Positions 19,650 through 29,209 of a DNA stretch of 64,000 bases are shown here, piece after piece (within the stretch, counting starts at the first letter, position 1; every line of letters begins with the position of its first letter). The stretch is from the NCBI GenBank assembly GCA_032372955.1, contig GCA_032372955.1_4725.1; one strand, given 5' to 3'. This stretch comes from Escherichia coli (GTDB taxonomy: Bacteria; Pseudomonadota; Gammaproteobacteria; Enterobacterales; Enterobacteriaceae). The notes beneath the pieces are model-generated. The model saw nothing but the letters and a program-made list of their open reading frames with translations. It was not told the DNA's origin and did not search any database. The position numbers and the translations under genes are program-made.

Positions 19650-19736
19650 ACTACCGTAGCTGCTTCGTTGGACGATATTCTTGACGACAACGTTGCGGAT
19701 GGTTTCATTGCACCGGACATTCATCCGGCACCGTGA
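19650..19736 (+). other. in-frame 28-codon open extension after the capsid TGA stop
   Basis: No stop from 19650 to TGA at 19734-19736, same frame as capsid ORF; encodes TTVAASLDDILDDNVADGFIAPDIHPAP. Confidence 0.4.
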
Positions 19737-19748
19737 TACATAAGTCAG

Positions 19749-19778
19749 CCTCCCTCAGCCCGTAAGGGTTGGGGGAGG
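19749..19778 (+). terminator. conserved hairpin element variant followed by TTTCTATG
   Basis: CCTCCC-TCAG-CCC-GTAA-GGG-TTGG-GGGAGG, downstream of the capsid gene and its extension. Confidence 0.5.
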
Positions 19779-19820
19779 TTTCTATGCCGTTTACGTTGTG
19801 AATAGAAAAAATTTGACGCT

Positions 19821-19836
19821 TACATTACCTAGGTGA
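19821..19836 (+). promoter_or_regulatory. conserved promoter-like motif TACATTACCTAGGTGA (copy B)
   Basis: Exact repeat of copy A, ~150 nt upstream of the 19986 gene. Confidence 0.45.
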
Positions 19837-19985
19837 CAGACGCCTGCGATGAATAAGGCATAGACAACACGTAAGGTCGTTCTCGCGCTAGGAACGATGC
19901 TGAAACCGTCGGCTGTCGGCTCGATAAGAACAAGAAAAGGGAAATGCGTTATGCGTGATAGTTTTCAATCAGATGGAGGTTGACG

Positions 19986-21422
19986 ATGCCCTCCATGCCA
20001 ATATGTGATACCGCGTTCGAACCGTGGGATGGTACGCACGCTTATCGCATTGACGGTTATGCTGAACCGTTATATGACCTGGAATTAGGATGGGCATGTA
20101 TTAATGAATCTGGCCATACCGTGTTGGTGATCACCTCCGACAATATGTTCCAGTACATTCCTGGTAGGGTTGAGGACGGCAATACATTCAGGATCGTACG
20201 ACGTTCAAAATTTCGTAGTCCTGTAATAGTTGACAGCCATGACGTATCTAATGCGAATGGTGCATTCAGAAACTTCGTCTACGCGGGTAGACGTCGGGAT
20301 ATACTCCGTGTTAAAAACGGCACAGGTTACGCGATAAGGAAACCGCATATCCGTCGTATTGTTAACACAGAGAAAATGCCGCGTCTACTAGACCAGCAAG
20401 ACTGGTACGATACGCTGGATGAAATATGTCAAATTGACCTCAACACGTTGAACTTTAATCAACCCGCATATGTCGCGCAAATCAACGTGGCAATCGTAAA
20501 AGTTAAAGGAGAATACAAAAGCGCAGACCACGTTACGAAAGGGATTGATCACCCCTACATCGCAACGTGCGCGCGGAGCTTGACGGGAAAAACAGAGGGT
20601 TTCCGAATTCTCGGAACGCAACTCACTATCCATTGGACGCCACCCGACTTTCATAATCCGTATAGCTTATGGGTTAACGTGTTAGGGAAAGCGTTCGAAA
20701 TAAAACCAACGAATGGAGCAGGCGCGCCAGGTATGTTGGTTACCTTCGGGAATAATGACTCCATCTTCGTACCGGTCGAAGATTTGGAAAAAGAGATGTG
20801 GAAGTACAATGTTTTTCCGACACGTGAATCGGCATTGCATTGGCGCGACCCCGTCCAAAAAGAAGCCTACAAAAATGATTTCGACCAACGTAGCTACGAA
20901 CGTAAGGCATCGGAAGAAACCCTTAAAGGGGTGATGGCTGAAATGCGACGTATGGCGGATGAACACAAGGCAGTTATCGCACAGATGCATGAGGCGCATC
21001 GCGCCGACGCAAAGCTGCGCGATGAACAACATAAAGCCGAACTCGATCAGCTTAAAGACGAACAAAAACGTAGGATGGAACAACACCAAGCCGAAATGAA
21101 ACGTCAAGATGATCTACGTAAACAAATACACGAAGATTATCAAGCTGATTTAAAACGTCGTGATGATGAGGCTAAACGCAAACATGAAGAATTCGTCGCT
21201 GAACTTCGTCGTCGAGATGAAGAATCCAAACGTAAGCACGACGAGTTTGCTGCTGAGATACGCCGACGTGATGAAGAGGCAAAAAGACAACGTGAAGCGG
21301 AAGAAGCGCGACGTCAACGTAACGTCGATGTTTGGAAAGCCGCTGCGAGTATAACTGCGGCCGTTGTCGGTATAGGTATGACCTTTTTCAAGATTCTTGA
21401 GAAGGCGTCATCGAAAAAGTAA
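19986..21422 (+). CDS. hypothetical protein with charged helical repeats and C-terminal transmembrane anchor
   Basis: Start chosen at ATG 19986 (GGAGG RBS). C-terminal ~130 aa is E/R/K-rich with tandem RRRDEEAKRKHEEF repeats, then hydrophobic AAASITAAVVGIGMTFF. Confidence 0.65.
   Translation: MPSMPICDTAFEPWDGTHAYRIDGYAEPLYDLELGWACINESGHTVLVITSDNMFQYIPGRVEDGNTFRIVRRSKFRSPVIVDSHDVSNANGAFRNFVYAGRRRDILRVKNGTGYAIRKPHIRRIVNTEKMPRLLDQQDWYDTLDEICQIDLNTLNFNQPAYVAQINVAIVKVKGEYKSADHVTKGIDHPYIATCARSLTGKTEGFRILGTQLTIHWTPPDFHNPYSLWVNVLGKAFEIKPTNGAGAPGMLVTFGNNDSIFVPVEDLEKEMWKYNVFPTRESALHWRDPVQKEAYKNDFDQRSYERKASEETLKGVMAEMRRMADEHKAVIAQMHEAHRADAKLRDEQHKAELDQLKDEQKRRMEQHQAEMKRQDDLRKQIHEDYQADLKRRDDEAKRKHEEFVAELRRRDEESKRKHDEFAAEIRRRDEEAKRQREAEEARRQRNVDVWKAAASITAAVVGIGMTFFKILEKASSKK
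21153..21314 (+). repeat. tandem ~54-nt (18-aa) coding repeats
   Basis: KRRDDEAKRKHEEFVAEL / RRRDEESKRKHDEFAAEI / RRRDEEAKRQREAEEARR read directly from the translation. Confidence 0.6.
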
Positions 21423-21461
21423 CTTTAATCTGCTTAAGCAACTTTCTGAAAGGAGTGTGTG

Positions 21462-23258
21462 ATGGATCCTAGATTCTGCAAAGCTGTCGCTGAGCTTGCA
21501 CCGAAGATGAACGAGAAGATAGCACGCAACATCGTCGTCGATAAGATGCAAGATGTTGAGTCCTATGTTGATCGTCTTTGGCGGAACAGCAAAGATAGTT
21601 TACCTAAGGATCTGGTGTATCATGGCCTGCGTCGCTGCATGGCCCGCGAACAGTTCCACTACTTAAGCGGAGGAAAGAAAACCAAAGGGAAGGATAGCGG
21701 TAAGCTGACCTTCGACCTTGCGCCTTCCGATGTGTTTATGGTGATGCTGGAATTCCGCTGGTACGGCGCAATGGAATCAGGTGACCGTCGTGAACCAGGA
21801 AAGGACTACTGCATTATCCGACACCCTCTCCTATTGCCCGCGGTAGGTCAGGGTGGTAAAATGCGTCTACGTGGTGCGAACTTCATTCTCAGTGCGGTGC
21901 TCGCTGACCCTGTAATCAGTTACACGAAAGACATGGCGTTCATCATGCTTCCGCGTGACAAAATCACGGTTAAACGTACACCGTATCAGTTCCTGAGCAA
22001 TGATACACCGACCGGTATCGATTATCGTCATTACCTATCATTACCCTGGTCGCAAATCTATCATCTTACCAAACAAAGTAAAGTGAACGGTGACAACATC
22101 AACCACACCAGCGTAACCACACTGGGTCACTATCTCTTTGCGAAGTATGGGGTGGGTGAGTGTTTCCGACGTTTTGCAGGCGTCGAAGCCGTAACCGGAC
22201 GGAACCTTGCTGAACGTGATTTTCCGCGCGACCAATGGGTAATCTATCGCACCATGGGGGTTATTCCTAAAGGCTTTAGTATCAGCAAAAGCGGTAAAAG
22301 CCGTAGCGCTAGCGCTGTACGTTACAAGCATCCTGATATTCAAATTGCCGTAAGACGTGGAGGCACGGAACGTATTGTTCTTGGCCTTGTCGGCGCATTC
22401 TTGTATCTCATCGACCGTTATTACGATCGTTTTCCGGAAGACTATCCGGTTGAAGAGTTCGCGAATGCGCCAGACCATTGGCGTACATTACTCGGTTTGA
22501 TTATCTTTAATAACAACAATGCAGATGCGCGTTTGTTGCGTGATGTAAACCACCACATCGACAGTCTCGATCTTTACGTTGACGAGATTCAGCAGAAGAA
22601 GTTCAAACAGGAAAATATTCCTTGCGATGACTTCTACGAATTTATGGCGTATCTGATTGACAATGTTACTATCGAAATGAGTCGTGTTGATACCACGACG
22701 ATGTTCGGTAAGGAATTGATGGTGTTGGAATATGTCATGGAGGATGTGCGTAAGAGCATCTTTAAACTGGGGTTCCATCTTAAAACCACAGAACGTGGTA
22801 AACGACAGAACAACCGTAAAGAGATGACCAATCGCGATGTACAGAAGGCGTTGCGAAATCAAGTTGCGACGGAAGCGATTCTCAATATCCAGAGCAATCG
22901 TGATAAGCGTGAGAAAGTGGCAACATCGATTCAGTCACCTGGTGATTGCATGCTGTTCAAAGTGAGCACGCATGTTGTTCTCCAGAGCCAAAATGCAGGC
23001 GGTGCTGCATTGGCTGACGAGAGTCGTTTGGTTAGTGGTTCCATCCCGTTCTGTGCAAGCTATCTGAATCTTCCACACTCCGAACCAACCGGACGTCAGA
23101 AGTTCAGTATGTACGCACCTATCGACGAACGTGGTCGGTTAATCATTACCCCACAAATTGCAAATGACGTTGCAGCAACCAATGCAGGCTTGAAGAAAGA
23201 CGTCGGTCGATTCGATGAAGAAATTGTAGAAATTAACGATCACGACATAATCGATTGA
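21462..23258 (+). CDS. hypothetical protein
   Basis: Start chosen at ATG 21462 (AAAGGAG RBS, 6-nt spacer); 598 aa. Confidence 0.65.
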   Translation: MDPRFCKAVAELAPKMNEKIARNIVVDKMQDVESYVDRLWRNSKDSLPKDLVYHGLRRCMAREQFHYLSGGKKTKGKDSGKLTFDLAPSDVFMVMLEFRWYGAMESGDRREPGKDYCIIRHPLLLPAVGQGGKMRLRGANFILSAVLADPVISYTKDMAFIMLPRDKITVKRTPYQFLSNDTPTGIDYRHYLSLPWSQIYHLTKQSKVNGDNINHTSVTTLGHYLFAKYGVGECFRRFAGVEAVTGRNLAERDFPRDQWVIYRTMGVIPKGFSISKSGKSRSASAVRYKHPDIQIAVRRGGTERIVLGLVGAFLYLIDRYYDRFPEDYPVEEFANAPDHWRTLLGLIIFNNNNADARLLRDVNHHIDSLDLYVDEIQQKKFKQENIPCDDFYEFMAYLIDNVTIEMSRVDTTTMFGKELMVLEYVMEDVRKSIFKLGFHLKTTERGKRQNNRKEMTNRDVQKALRNQVATEAILNIQSNRDKREKVATSIQSPGDCMLFKVSTHVVLQSQNAGGAALADESRLVSGSIPFCASYLNLPHSEPTGRQKFSMYAPIDERGRLIITPQIANDVAATNAGLKKDVGRFDEEIVEINDHDIID

Positions 23259-23292
23259 CACATAACCGAATAAATAAAAAGGATCGTAAGAA

Positions 23293-25851
23293 ATGTATAA
23301 TGGCAGTAACAACATGTATCAACAAATGGGCTATAGCGAAAACCCTTATACGAGCACGGTTAATTATGCGGCTGAACAGGTTCGTCAGCAACAGTATCAG
23401 CAATCACCGTACGGCGCATATCCGAATAACGCCTATCAACCACCACAATACCAACAACCCTCATATCAGCAGAACTATAACTTCATCACCCAAGAAGCAA
23501 CGATCGTCAAAATCCGTCAAGCTATCTTTAATGTCCTGAAAGACTTCGCTCAGCAAGACAAAATACAAACCGAGTTCGTCGCACGTTATACCAATAACGA
23601 TATGATGATGGAATCGCTTGTTGAAGACTGTTGTTGGAACGTGTTCTCTTACATCAACCCGATGCCGCAGAACGCGTCCGACGACCAGATCGTCTCTGCT
23701 GCCGTGAGCACAGTTGCGCTGTATCATCTTGTAACGTGGCTCTTTGAACCGAATCAGTACCCGGAATATTATCGCGCGATTGAATTATCACGCATTAACC
23801 CGGAAGCCGCGAATAAGTACACGCAGCTGAATAAAAGCGGGAGCCTGGCACAAATCGCGCAGAAGTCACGTGGTTTGAAGCAGCAGGTGATGCAGATGGG
23901 GATGACTTATCGTGGCCCGCAAGCAAGCGCGATGGTTAGTGGCGGGTACGGTCAACCACAACAGCCAGCGTACGCCATGTATGGTGGAACCTATCCGCAA
24001 CCGCAATACCAGCCTAATCCGGCAGTTATGCGTGGTATGGCTCCAACAACGCCAGGATACGGCGCACAACCTCGGCCGACGGTTGTTCAACCACAAGCGC
24101 CATCGTACATCGATTCGAAGGATTGTGCGTTCAACCGTTTGTATGATGTTGGTGATGACGATCCTATCGTTGATGATGCACCTGCTGCTACAGCGCCGCG
24201 TTACGAGGCACCACAACCACGGATTTACTCGACAAATCCTGAAGGAGATATTGGTGGTATCAACGATATCTTTGCAGCGGCTGAACAGTTTGCTGAACAG
24301 TACGAAGAGCCAGAATGGCATGTTAAGGCTGGGCAGCAGAAACCCGTTCAACCTGAACCTGCGCAGGTGAAACCGGAACCCGTTCGTACGGCTCGTTCTG
24401 CTACGGTAACAAAGACCGTTAATCCAATTGATGCGACCGAAGATGCTAAGCGTTACGGTCGTGTTGTTCAACATGAAGAATTTATGCAGATGCGTCTGAA
24501 AGCCAAAGACTTTGCACCTAATAGTCGTTGGCCGACGTTGTATGACTTCAGACACTTCGCTCGTCGGGCACGTATCGACGAAAACGGAATTCTTCATGAA
24601 ACCATTGTTGACATTACATCCCTCACGGAGGAAGAAGTGGAATACATCGAACTTGAATCAGATCCAACCGCTCGTCGTATGGCAGAGCAGGAAATGGCAA
24701 AACTGGATCGTATCGCGCAAGCAGAAGTTGTTCGTGTTAGCCTTAACAAACCGGTTCAGCGTGAGCCAATCGTTGTCGGTGAGCAGCGCGAAATGAAACT
24801 GTTTACCGTCACCGACGCGATCGCAGCGTCAAGCGTTGAGGATGCTGAAACCAAAGCTGCGGTAGCGATCATCCAGCAGACCAACACCGACGTCAACCAA
24901 AACGACGCATTAGCATTCCTGGCTACCGTCAATTCCTATCTGGGAACCTATACCGACAAAGAGCTAGATGCAATCCATGAATTCCTGGATGCGTTGTCTA
25001 TTGATAAGGGTCGTAGCGACGATATCAAAGCTTATCGTCAGATCATGCAACAGTATCGTGATGTCATTCCTCTGCGTATTTGGCATTTCCTGAACGATAG
25101 CATGACCAAAGACGTTAACAAGCTGATCAAACGTATCGTACCGAAGAACTTCTCTGAAACCACCATCTCTAGCTTCGTTGATGATATCGGAGAACTGTCC
25201 GGTTGGCTGATTCACGATCTTAAAATGGACCAGAAGTTCATTGAAGATGAATTCTCCAATTGCTACTACACCTGGGTCAACATGCTGAAGTGTCTCTACT
25301 GCAATCGCGATGGCGAAGGTCAGTGGAACATTCGTCTTTCCATGGCTGAACTGTACAACATGCATGACTACCTGAAAGCCGCTCACGAAAAATCTGCAGC
25401 GAATCGTGAACGTCATCTGGTTGCCATGAGTGAGTATCGTGCAGAACTGGAGAAAGATGGCTCTCTGGATGCTGACGAAATCGAACGTCGTTTGGCGGAT
25501 GCGGCTATCGAGGATATGCGTGTTAATCCAGACATCGTTACCGACGAAGATAGCAACGATGCTTACTGGTTCAATCACAGCGTATTCGCGATGCGTCCGC
25601 ATGTTGTTGTTCGCGTACCGACCAACGCCAAGATTCTGAAGCTGAACCAGAGCGGTTACACTCACGCATCGGCTGCAACCAACCCAAGCATTGCTCGTAT
25701 GCTGGATCAGGTGTTCAAGACCTTCGAAACCAAAGTAAAAGGTCTGCAATCTGTTACTGTAATTCTGAGCGATGATACTCGTCTGAAAGCAGTACGTACG
25801 GTAAACGGTATTACCGCTTCCGAGTATCTGCTGGAACGTGAAGAGCAGTAA
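23293..25851 (+). CDS. hypothetical protein with Q/Y/P/G-rich low-complexity regions
   Basis: 852-aa ORF, AAAGGA RBS; N-terminal ~65 aa and residues ~190-270 are Q/Y/P/N/G-rich. Confidence 0.7.
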   Translation: MYNGSNNMYQQMGYSENPYTSTVNYAAEQVRQQQYQQSPYGAYPNNAYQPPQYQQPSYQQNYNFITQEATIVKIRQAIFNVLKDFAQQDKIQTEFVARYTNNDMMMESLVEDCCWNVFSYINPMPQNASDDQIVSAAVSTVALYHLVTWLFEPNQYPEYYRAIELSRINPEAANKYTQLNKSGSLAQIAQKSRGLKQQVMQMGMTYRGPQASAMVSGGYGQPQQPAYAMYGGTYPQPQYQPNPAVMRGMAPTTPGYGAQPRPTVVQPQAPSYIDSKDCAFNRLYDVGDDDPIVDDAPAATAPRYEAPQPRIYSTNPEGDIGGINDIFAAAEQFAEQYEEPEWHVKAGQQKPVQPEPAQVKPEPVRTARSATVTKTVNPIDATEDAKRYGRVVQHEEFMQMRLKAKDFAPNSRWPTLYDFRHFARRARIDENGILHETIVDITSLTEEEVEYIELESDPTARRMAEQEMAKLDRIAQAEVVRVSLNKPVQREPIVVGEQREMKLFTVTDAIAASSVEDAETKAAVAIIQQTNTDVNQNDALAFLATVNSYLGTYTDKELDAIHEFLDALSIDKGRSDDIKAYRQIMQQYRDVIPLRIWHFLNDSMTKDVNKLIKRIVPKNFSETTISSFVDDIGELSGWLIHDLKMDQKFIEDEFSNCYYTWVNMLKCLYCNRDGEGQWNIRLSMAELYNMHDYLKAAHEKSAANRERHLVAMSEYRAELEKDGSLDADEIERRLADAAIEDMRVNPDIVTDEDSNDAYWFNHSVFAMRPHVVVRVPTNAKILKLNQSGYTHASAATNPSIARMLDQVFKTFETKVKGLQSVTVILSDDTRLKAVRTVNGITASEYLLEREEQ

Positions 25852-25871
25852 TTAACTTATCGTCCGACGGC

Positions 25872-25893
25872 GGGTATTGTATTTGCAATACCC
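25872..25893 (+). terminator. intergenic hairpin
   Basis: GGGTATTG-tatttg-CAATACCC after the 852-aa gene; no T tract. Confidence 0.35.
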
Positions 25894-25912
25894 TAGTTGA
25901 TAAGGAAACCGT

Positions 25913-26185
25913 ATGAGTCAATATAAACTCATTACCGTCTCTGTGGATGCAAAGGACTTACGCGAAATTACGTTAGCAGCCAACGCAGTTCAACAGGACA
26001 GTGAACTGACGGCATATGAACGTTACCAGCTTTTCCTCTCGATAAGCGACACGGTAGCACGTATGCAACAGAAGTACCAGGTTCAGCTAACCGTAATCGA
26101 CAAAGGCGCTGTGATCCCACCACACCCTAGTTGGCGCGTACTGAGAAGCAAACTCACCACAATTGAATCGTGGTTAACCTCGTAA
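25913..26185 (+). CDS. hypothetical protein
   Basis: 90-aa ORF with AAGGAAA RBS. Confidence 0.5.
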   Translation: MSQYKLITVSVDAKDLREITLAANAVQQDSELTAYERYQLFLSISDTVARMQQKYQVQLTVIDKGAVIPPHPSWRVLRSKLTTIESWLTS

Positions 26186-26205
26186 TAAATTAAATAGCGC
26201 ATAGC

Positions 26206-26264
26206 CCTTCTCCCCTTCCCTCATCGGGTTGGGGAGAAGGTTAACTATGTGTTATTTTTTTTTT
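26206..26264. terminator. conserved hairpin element plus T-run between convergent genes
   Basis: CCTTCTCCCC-TT-CCC-TCATC-GGG-TT-GGGGAGAAGG, TTAACTATG, then 10 T at 26255-26264. Confidence 0.6.
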
Positions 26265-26272
26265 ACGTCCGT

Positions 26273-29182
26273 TTAGACAATGTCACCTGAAGTATCGTCT
26301 TCTGACGTTGTGTCGGTCGTCGTATCCTCAGATGTGGTTGTTTCTTCTGTTGAGGTTTCCTCCATCGTTTCGGTATCGAAATCGGTATCTCCGAAATCGT
26401 CACCGCCACCGAAGTCATCAGAAGAACCGGTATCGCTACTTGAATCGGATGACCAAGAACCATCAGATGAAACGCTGCCGTCCTGTGCTTGAGCTCCCAT
26501 CTTCTCTTCAATCTTCTTCGTCAGATTCTGAATATACAATGCAAAATCACCCATGCATTTACCCATGACTTCAATATGTTCCATGGACATACGTTTCCAA
26601 TCTTGCACGGCATTCTTCTTATCGTCAAGACTGAAGAGATCAGCCAACTCCTGATTGAAGTTGTTCTCTTTTGCCCACGTACGCATTGCGGTACCAATAA
26701 TGCATGCGCGGATCATCTGCAGTGTTGTTTCATCAACACCGCCCAGACCCATGACGTAATCAGGTGTTAAATAATCATCAAGTTGCGCAGTAATCGCTTC
26801 CTTGTACTGATTATATTCACGTACCTGATCTTCAAGGCGACGAGCATTGCTATCCGGTAAATGCACACTCAGGCTGTTTAAGAACATGGATACATAAGCA
26901 TCGGCAATAACTTCCTGGACTTCTGGTTTAGTGTAATCCAGATCCATTGTTGCTGATTGGTCGTCAATCTCCTGATAAGCGTTAACGTTACGGATAACAC
27001 CGTTTTCGAAATCGCTACCAAAAAGCTGCTGCAATTGTGCCTGGGAGAGCTTAGACATGTTCGCACGAACCGTGTTTCGTAACGACGTCAACAACACGGG
27101 ACTGTATGCCGTGTATTTCTTGATGTGGTCCGATAACCCATTCGTGATCACCTCGCGACAAACCGTGAACTGTTTCTCTTGCATCGCGTTAGCTGTAATC
27201 ACAGAAGCTGCGAATTCAGATTGGTAGGAAGTATCGATAATCTCCGGAGAAACGCCCAAGCCCATGAAATGGTCACGACGGTAACGATCCATCAGCTCAT
27301 TATCAGGAGACTGATAGTTACGCTGCTCAACACTGACGTCTGTATTCAATTTTGGGAAGCGTGGGTTATTCCCCTCAACCTTCAATCGAATCGAGCTTCG
27401 TTCATACGCGTTGATGATATCCATCGGGTTAGTTTCACCCAACGGGAAACCAGACTGGTAGACACGAGCGAAACTATGCAGTGCTTGTTCGACGGTATCG
27501 ACCGGGTTTCTGTCGGTGTCTTCAAGCATTACGCTTAGCGTCGTATAGTTCAACGAACTTTTGATTTTTGCCATCAGTTCTTGAACCATGAGCATGGCTC
27601 GTTGCGACGAGATCATCTTCGTACTTTCAAGCAGCGAACGACCGATACCGTATTTGTTGTATTCATAGGCGATGTAAGTCACCATTTCACGAGGAATAAA
27701 CAAAACACGGGTCTGTTTATGGGCCAAGCTACGAGCAAGCATCGACAGATAAAACGATGATGTCGCACCGATCTCCACCGCACTGCCAAGATAACCGTTG
27801 ACAATACGTTCAACGATGTAGCGTTGCATCAGCGATTCGTACGATGATACGAAGGCCGACATGTCTACCTGATTACATGACGTACCTTGGATCATGTTCT
27901 TGGCTGCACCAATCATCTCGCTCGCCATGCCGTTGCTTGAAGTCCCTGCGATATCTGCAGTGATCTTCGACAACCGACCTTCCAACTGCTTGTAATACGC
28001 CGCATCTTCAACCAAACGTACTGGATAACCAAACTCATCCAACTGAACCAAATACCCGATATGGTTCTCCGGATCACCTGGTGCGTGTACGGGTTCTAAT
28101 GCCTCAGGTGGTACGTGCATCACACCAGGATGACCGACACTTTGACGATCGAGCGTATCTGGGGTTGCCAACGCGTAAACCGGCGATACCTTGGTGTGAC
28201 GCTGGATGTTGAGTTTATTCCAGATCTCGTTAACCTGTTCTTGCGTCAGCTCACGTCGGTTAGCGGTTAGGGTTGGGTCACCTGACAGTGTTACCAAACC
28301 ACTACCACCTAACGTGTTCGCACGTAACGCACGTTGTACCGCGGTCGCTGCTCGACGTTGATGTAGAATAGGCATGCGGAGGATGTCTGGGTTATCGACA
28401 ACCGTAACCATATCCGGAATATCGATCTTCGCTTCAATGAATTTACCGTCCTTATCACGAAGCAGGGTATTGGTAAACTTAATGCTGTCTATGCGAACAA
28501 CAGGATCGTACGGTATGGTTTCATTAACGCCTGAGAAATAATCTTCCATCGAAACCGTCGCAGGTAATTGATTTTCGTGGCGTTTGCGACTGTCGTTACC
28601 TAGAAGCCCCCAACTTGCAAAATGGTTGTCTTTAAATCCGTATTCTTCAAGTTTCAGTTGACCGTTACCATTAATGGCGCGGTCGAGCGTGCTTTCTGGC
28701 AGAACAACGAAGTTATAACTGCCCTTGATAAAGAAGACGTCTTCGATGATACGAGGGATAAGCGTCTTTATTTTATAGATATTCTTAAAATGCGTGTCGA
28801 TGGTATCGATCATCGGCTGAACGATTTCTGCGACTCTGCCGGGGAAATCTTCGCTGTCGATAAACATCTCGACCGTCTTAAGATCGTTAGGGTTCGTCAA
28901 CGCGGCAACATAGATCTGCATCACGCGTTTAAGTTCAGGGAACAACTCGAGGATGTTTTTATTATCCTCGATGTTTGTCGCGGTCGCACGCGTAACCGTG
29001 TTCATCGTCATTTGGTCGGGAACAACTAACCCGAAACGACCGCTCGCTCCTTCCGCATCACGTGTATTATAAAGACGTGACTGCGGAGCAGGAGCGACAA
29101 ATTTGTTCATGAGTGCCTTCGCAACGTCATTATTACTCATTTGACGTTCGAGGGCGACGCGCCCTTTATTTATATCGTTCAT
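26273..29182 (-). CDS. large hypothetical protein with acidic Ser/Thr/Asp-rich C-terminal tail (portal-like size; unverified)
   Basis: 969-aa ORF, AAGGAG RBS 9 nt upstream; C-terminal ~65 aa extremely acidic. Portal assignment is a size-based guess only. Confidence 0.6.
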   Translation of the reverse strand: MNDINKGRVALERQMSNNDVAKALMNKFVAPAPQSRLYNTRDAEGASGRFGLVVPDQMTMNTVTRATATNIEDNKNILELFPELKRVMQIYVAALTNPNDLKTVEMFIDSEDFPGRVAEIVQPMIDTIDTHFKNIYKIKTLIPRIIEDVFFIKGSYNFVVLPESTLDRAINGNGQLKLEEYGFKDNHFASWGLLGNDSRKRHENQLPATVSMEDYFSGVNETIPYDPVVRIDSIKFTNTLLRDKDGKFIEAKIDIPDMVTVVDNPDILRMPILHQRRAATAVQRALRANTLGGSGLVTLSGDPTLTANRRELTQEQVNEIWNKLNIQRHTKVSPVYALATPDTLDRQSVGHPGVMHVPPEALEPVHAPGDPENHIGYLVQLDEFGYPVRLVEDAAYYKQLEGRLSKITADIAGTSSNGMASEMIGAAKNMIQGTSCNQVDMSAFVSSYESLMQRYIVERIVNGYLGSAVEIGATSSFYLSMLARSLAHKQTRVLFIPREMVTYIAYEYNKYGIGRSLLESTKMISSQRAMLMVQELMAKIKSSLNYTTLSVMLEDTDRNPVDTVEQALHSFARVYQSGFPLGETNPMDIINAYERSSIRLKVEGNNPRFPKLNTDVSVEQRNYQSPDNELMDRYRRDHFMGLGVSPEIIDTSYQSEFAASVITANAMQEKQFTVCREVITNGLSDHIKKYTAYSPVLLTSLRNTVRANMSKLSQAQLQQLFGSDFENGVIRNVNAYQEIDDQSATMDLDYTKPEVQEVIADAYVSMFLNSLSVHLPDSNARRLEDQVREYNQYKEAITAQLDDYLTPDYVMGLGGVDETTLQMIRACIIGTAMRTWAKENNFNQELADLFSLDDKKNAVQDWKRMSMEHIEVMGKCMGDFALYIQNLTKKIEEKMGAQAQDGSVSSDGSWSSDSSSDTGSSDDFGGGDDFGDTDFDTETMEETSTEETTTSEDTTTDTTSEDDTSGDIV

Positions 29183-29209
29183 TTACACTGGCTCCTTGGA
29201 GGACCGATC

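Noticed and set aside
17424-19724. 766-aa ORF on the - strand antisense to the capsid gene, plus several shorter antisense ORFs
   Set aside because: Artefact of the strong codon periodicity of the + strand gene; no RBS and it fully overlaps a gene with much better coding signal. Its extension past the capsid stop to 19724 is, however, consistent with the coding-like composition of the post-stop extension.
26280-26770. ORFs on the + strand at the 3' end of the 969-aa gene
   Set aside because: Antisense to the Ser/Thr/Asp-rich tail; low-complexity translation; overlap a strongly supported gene.
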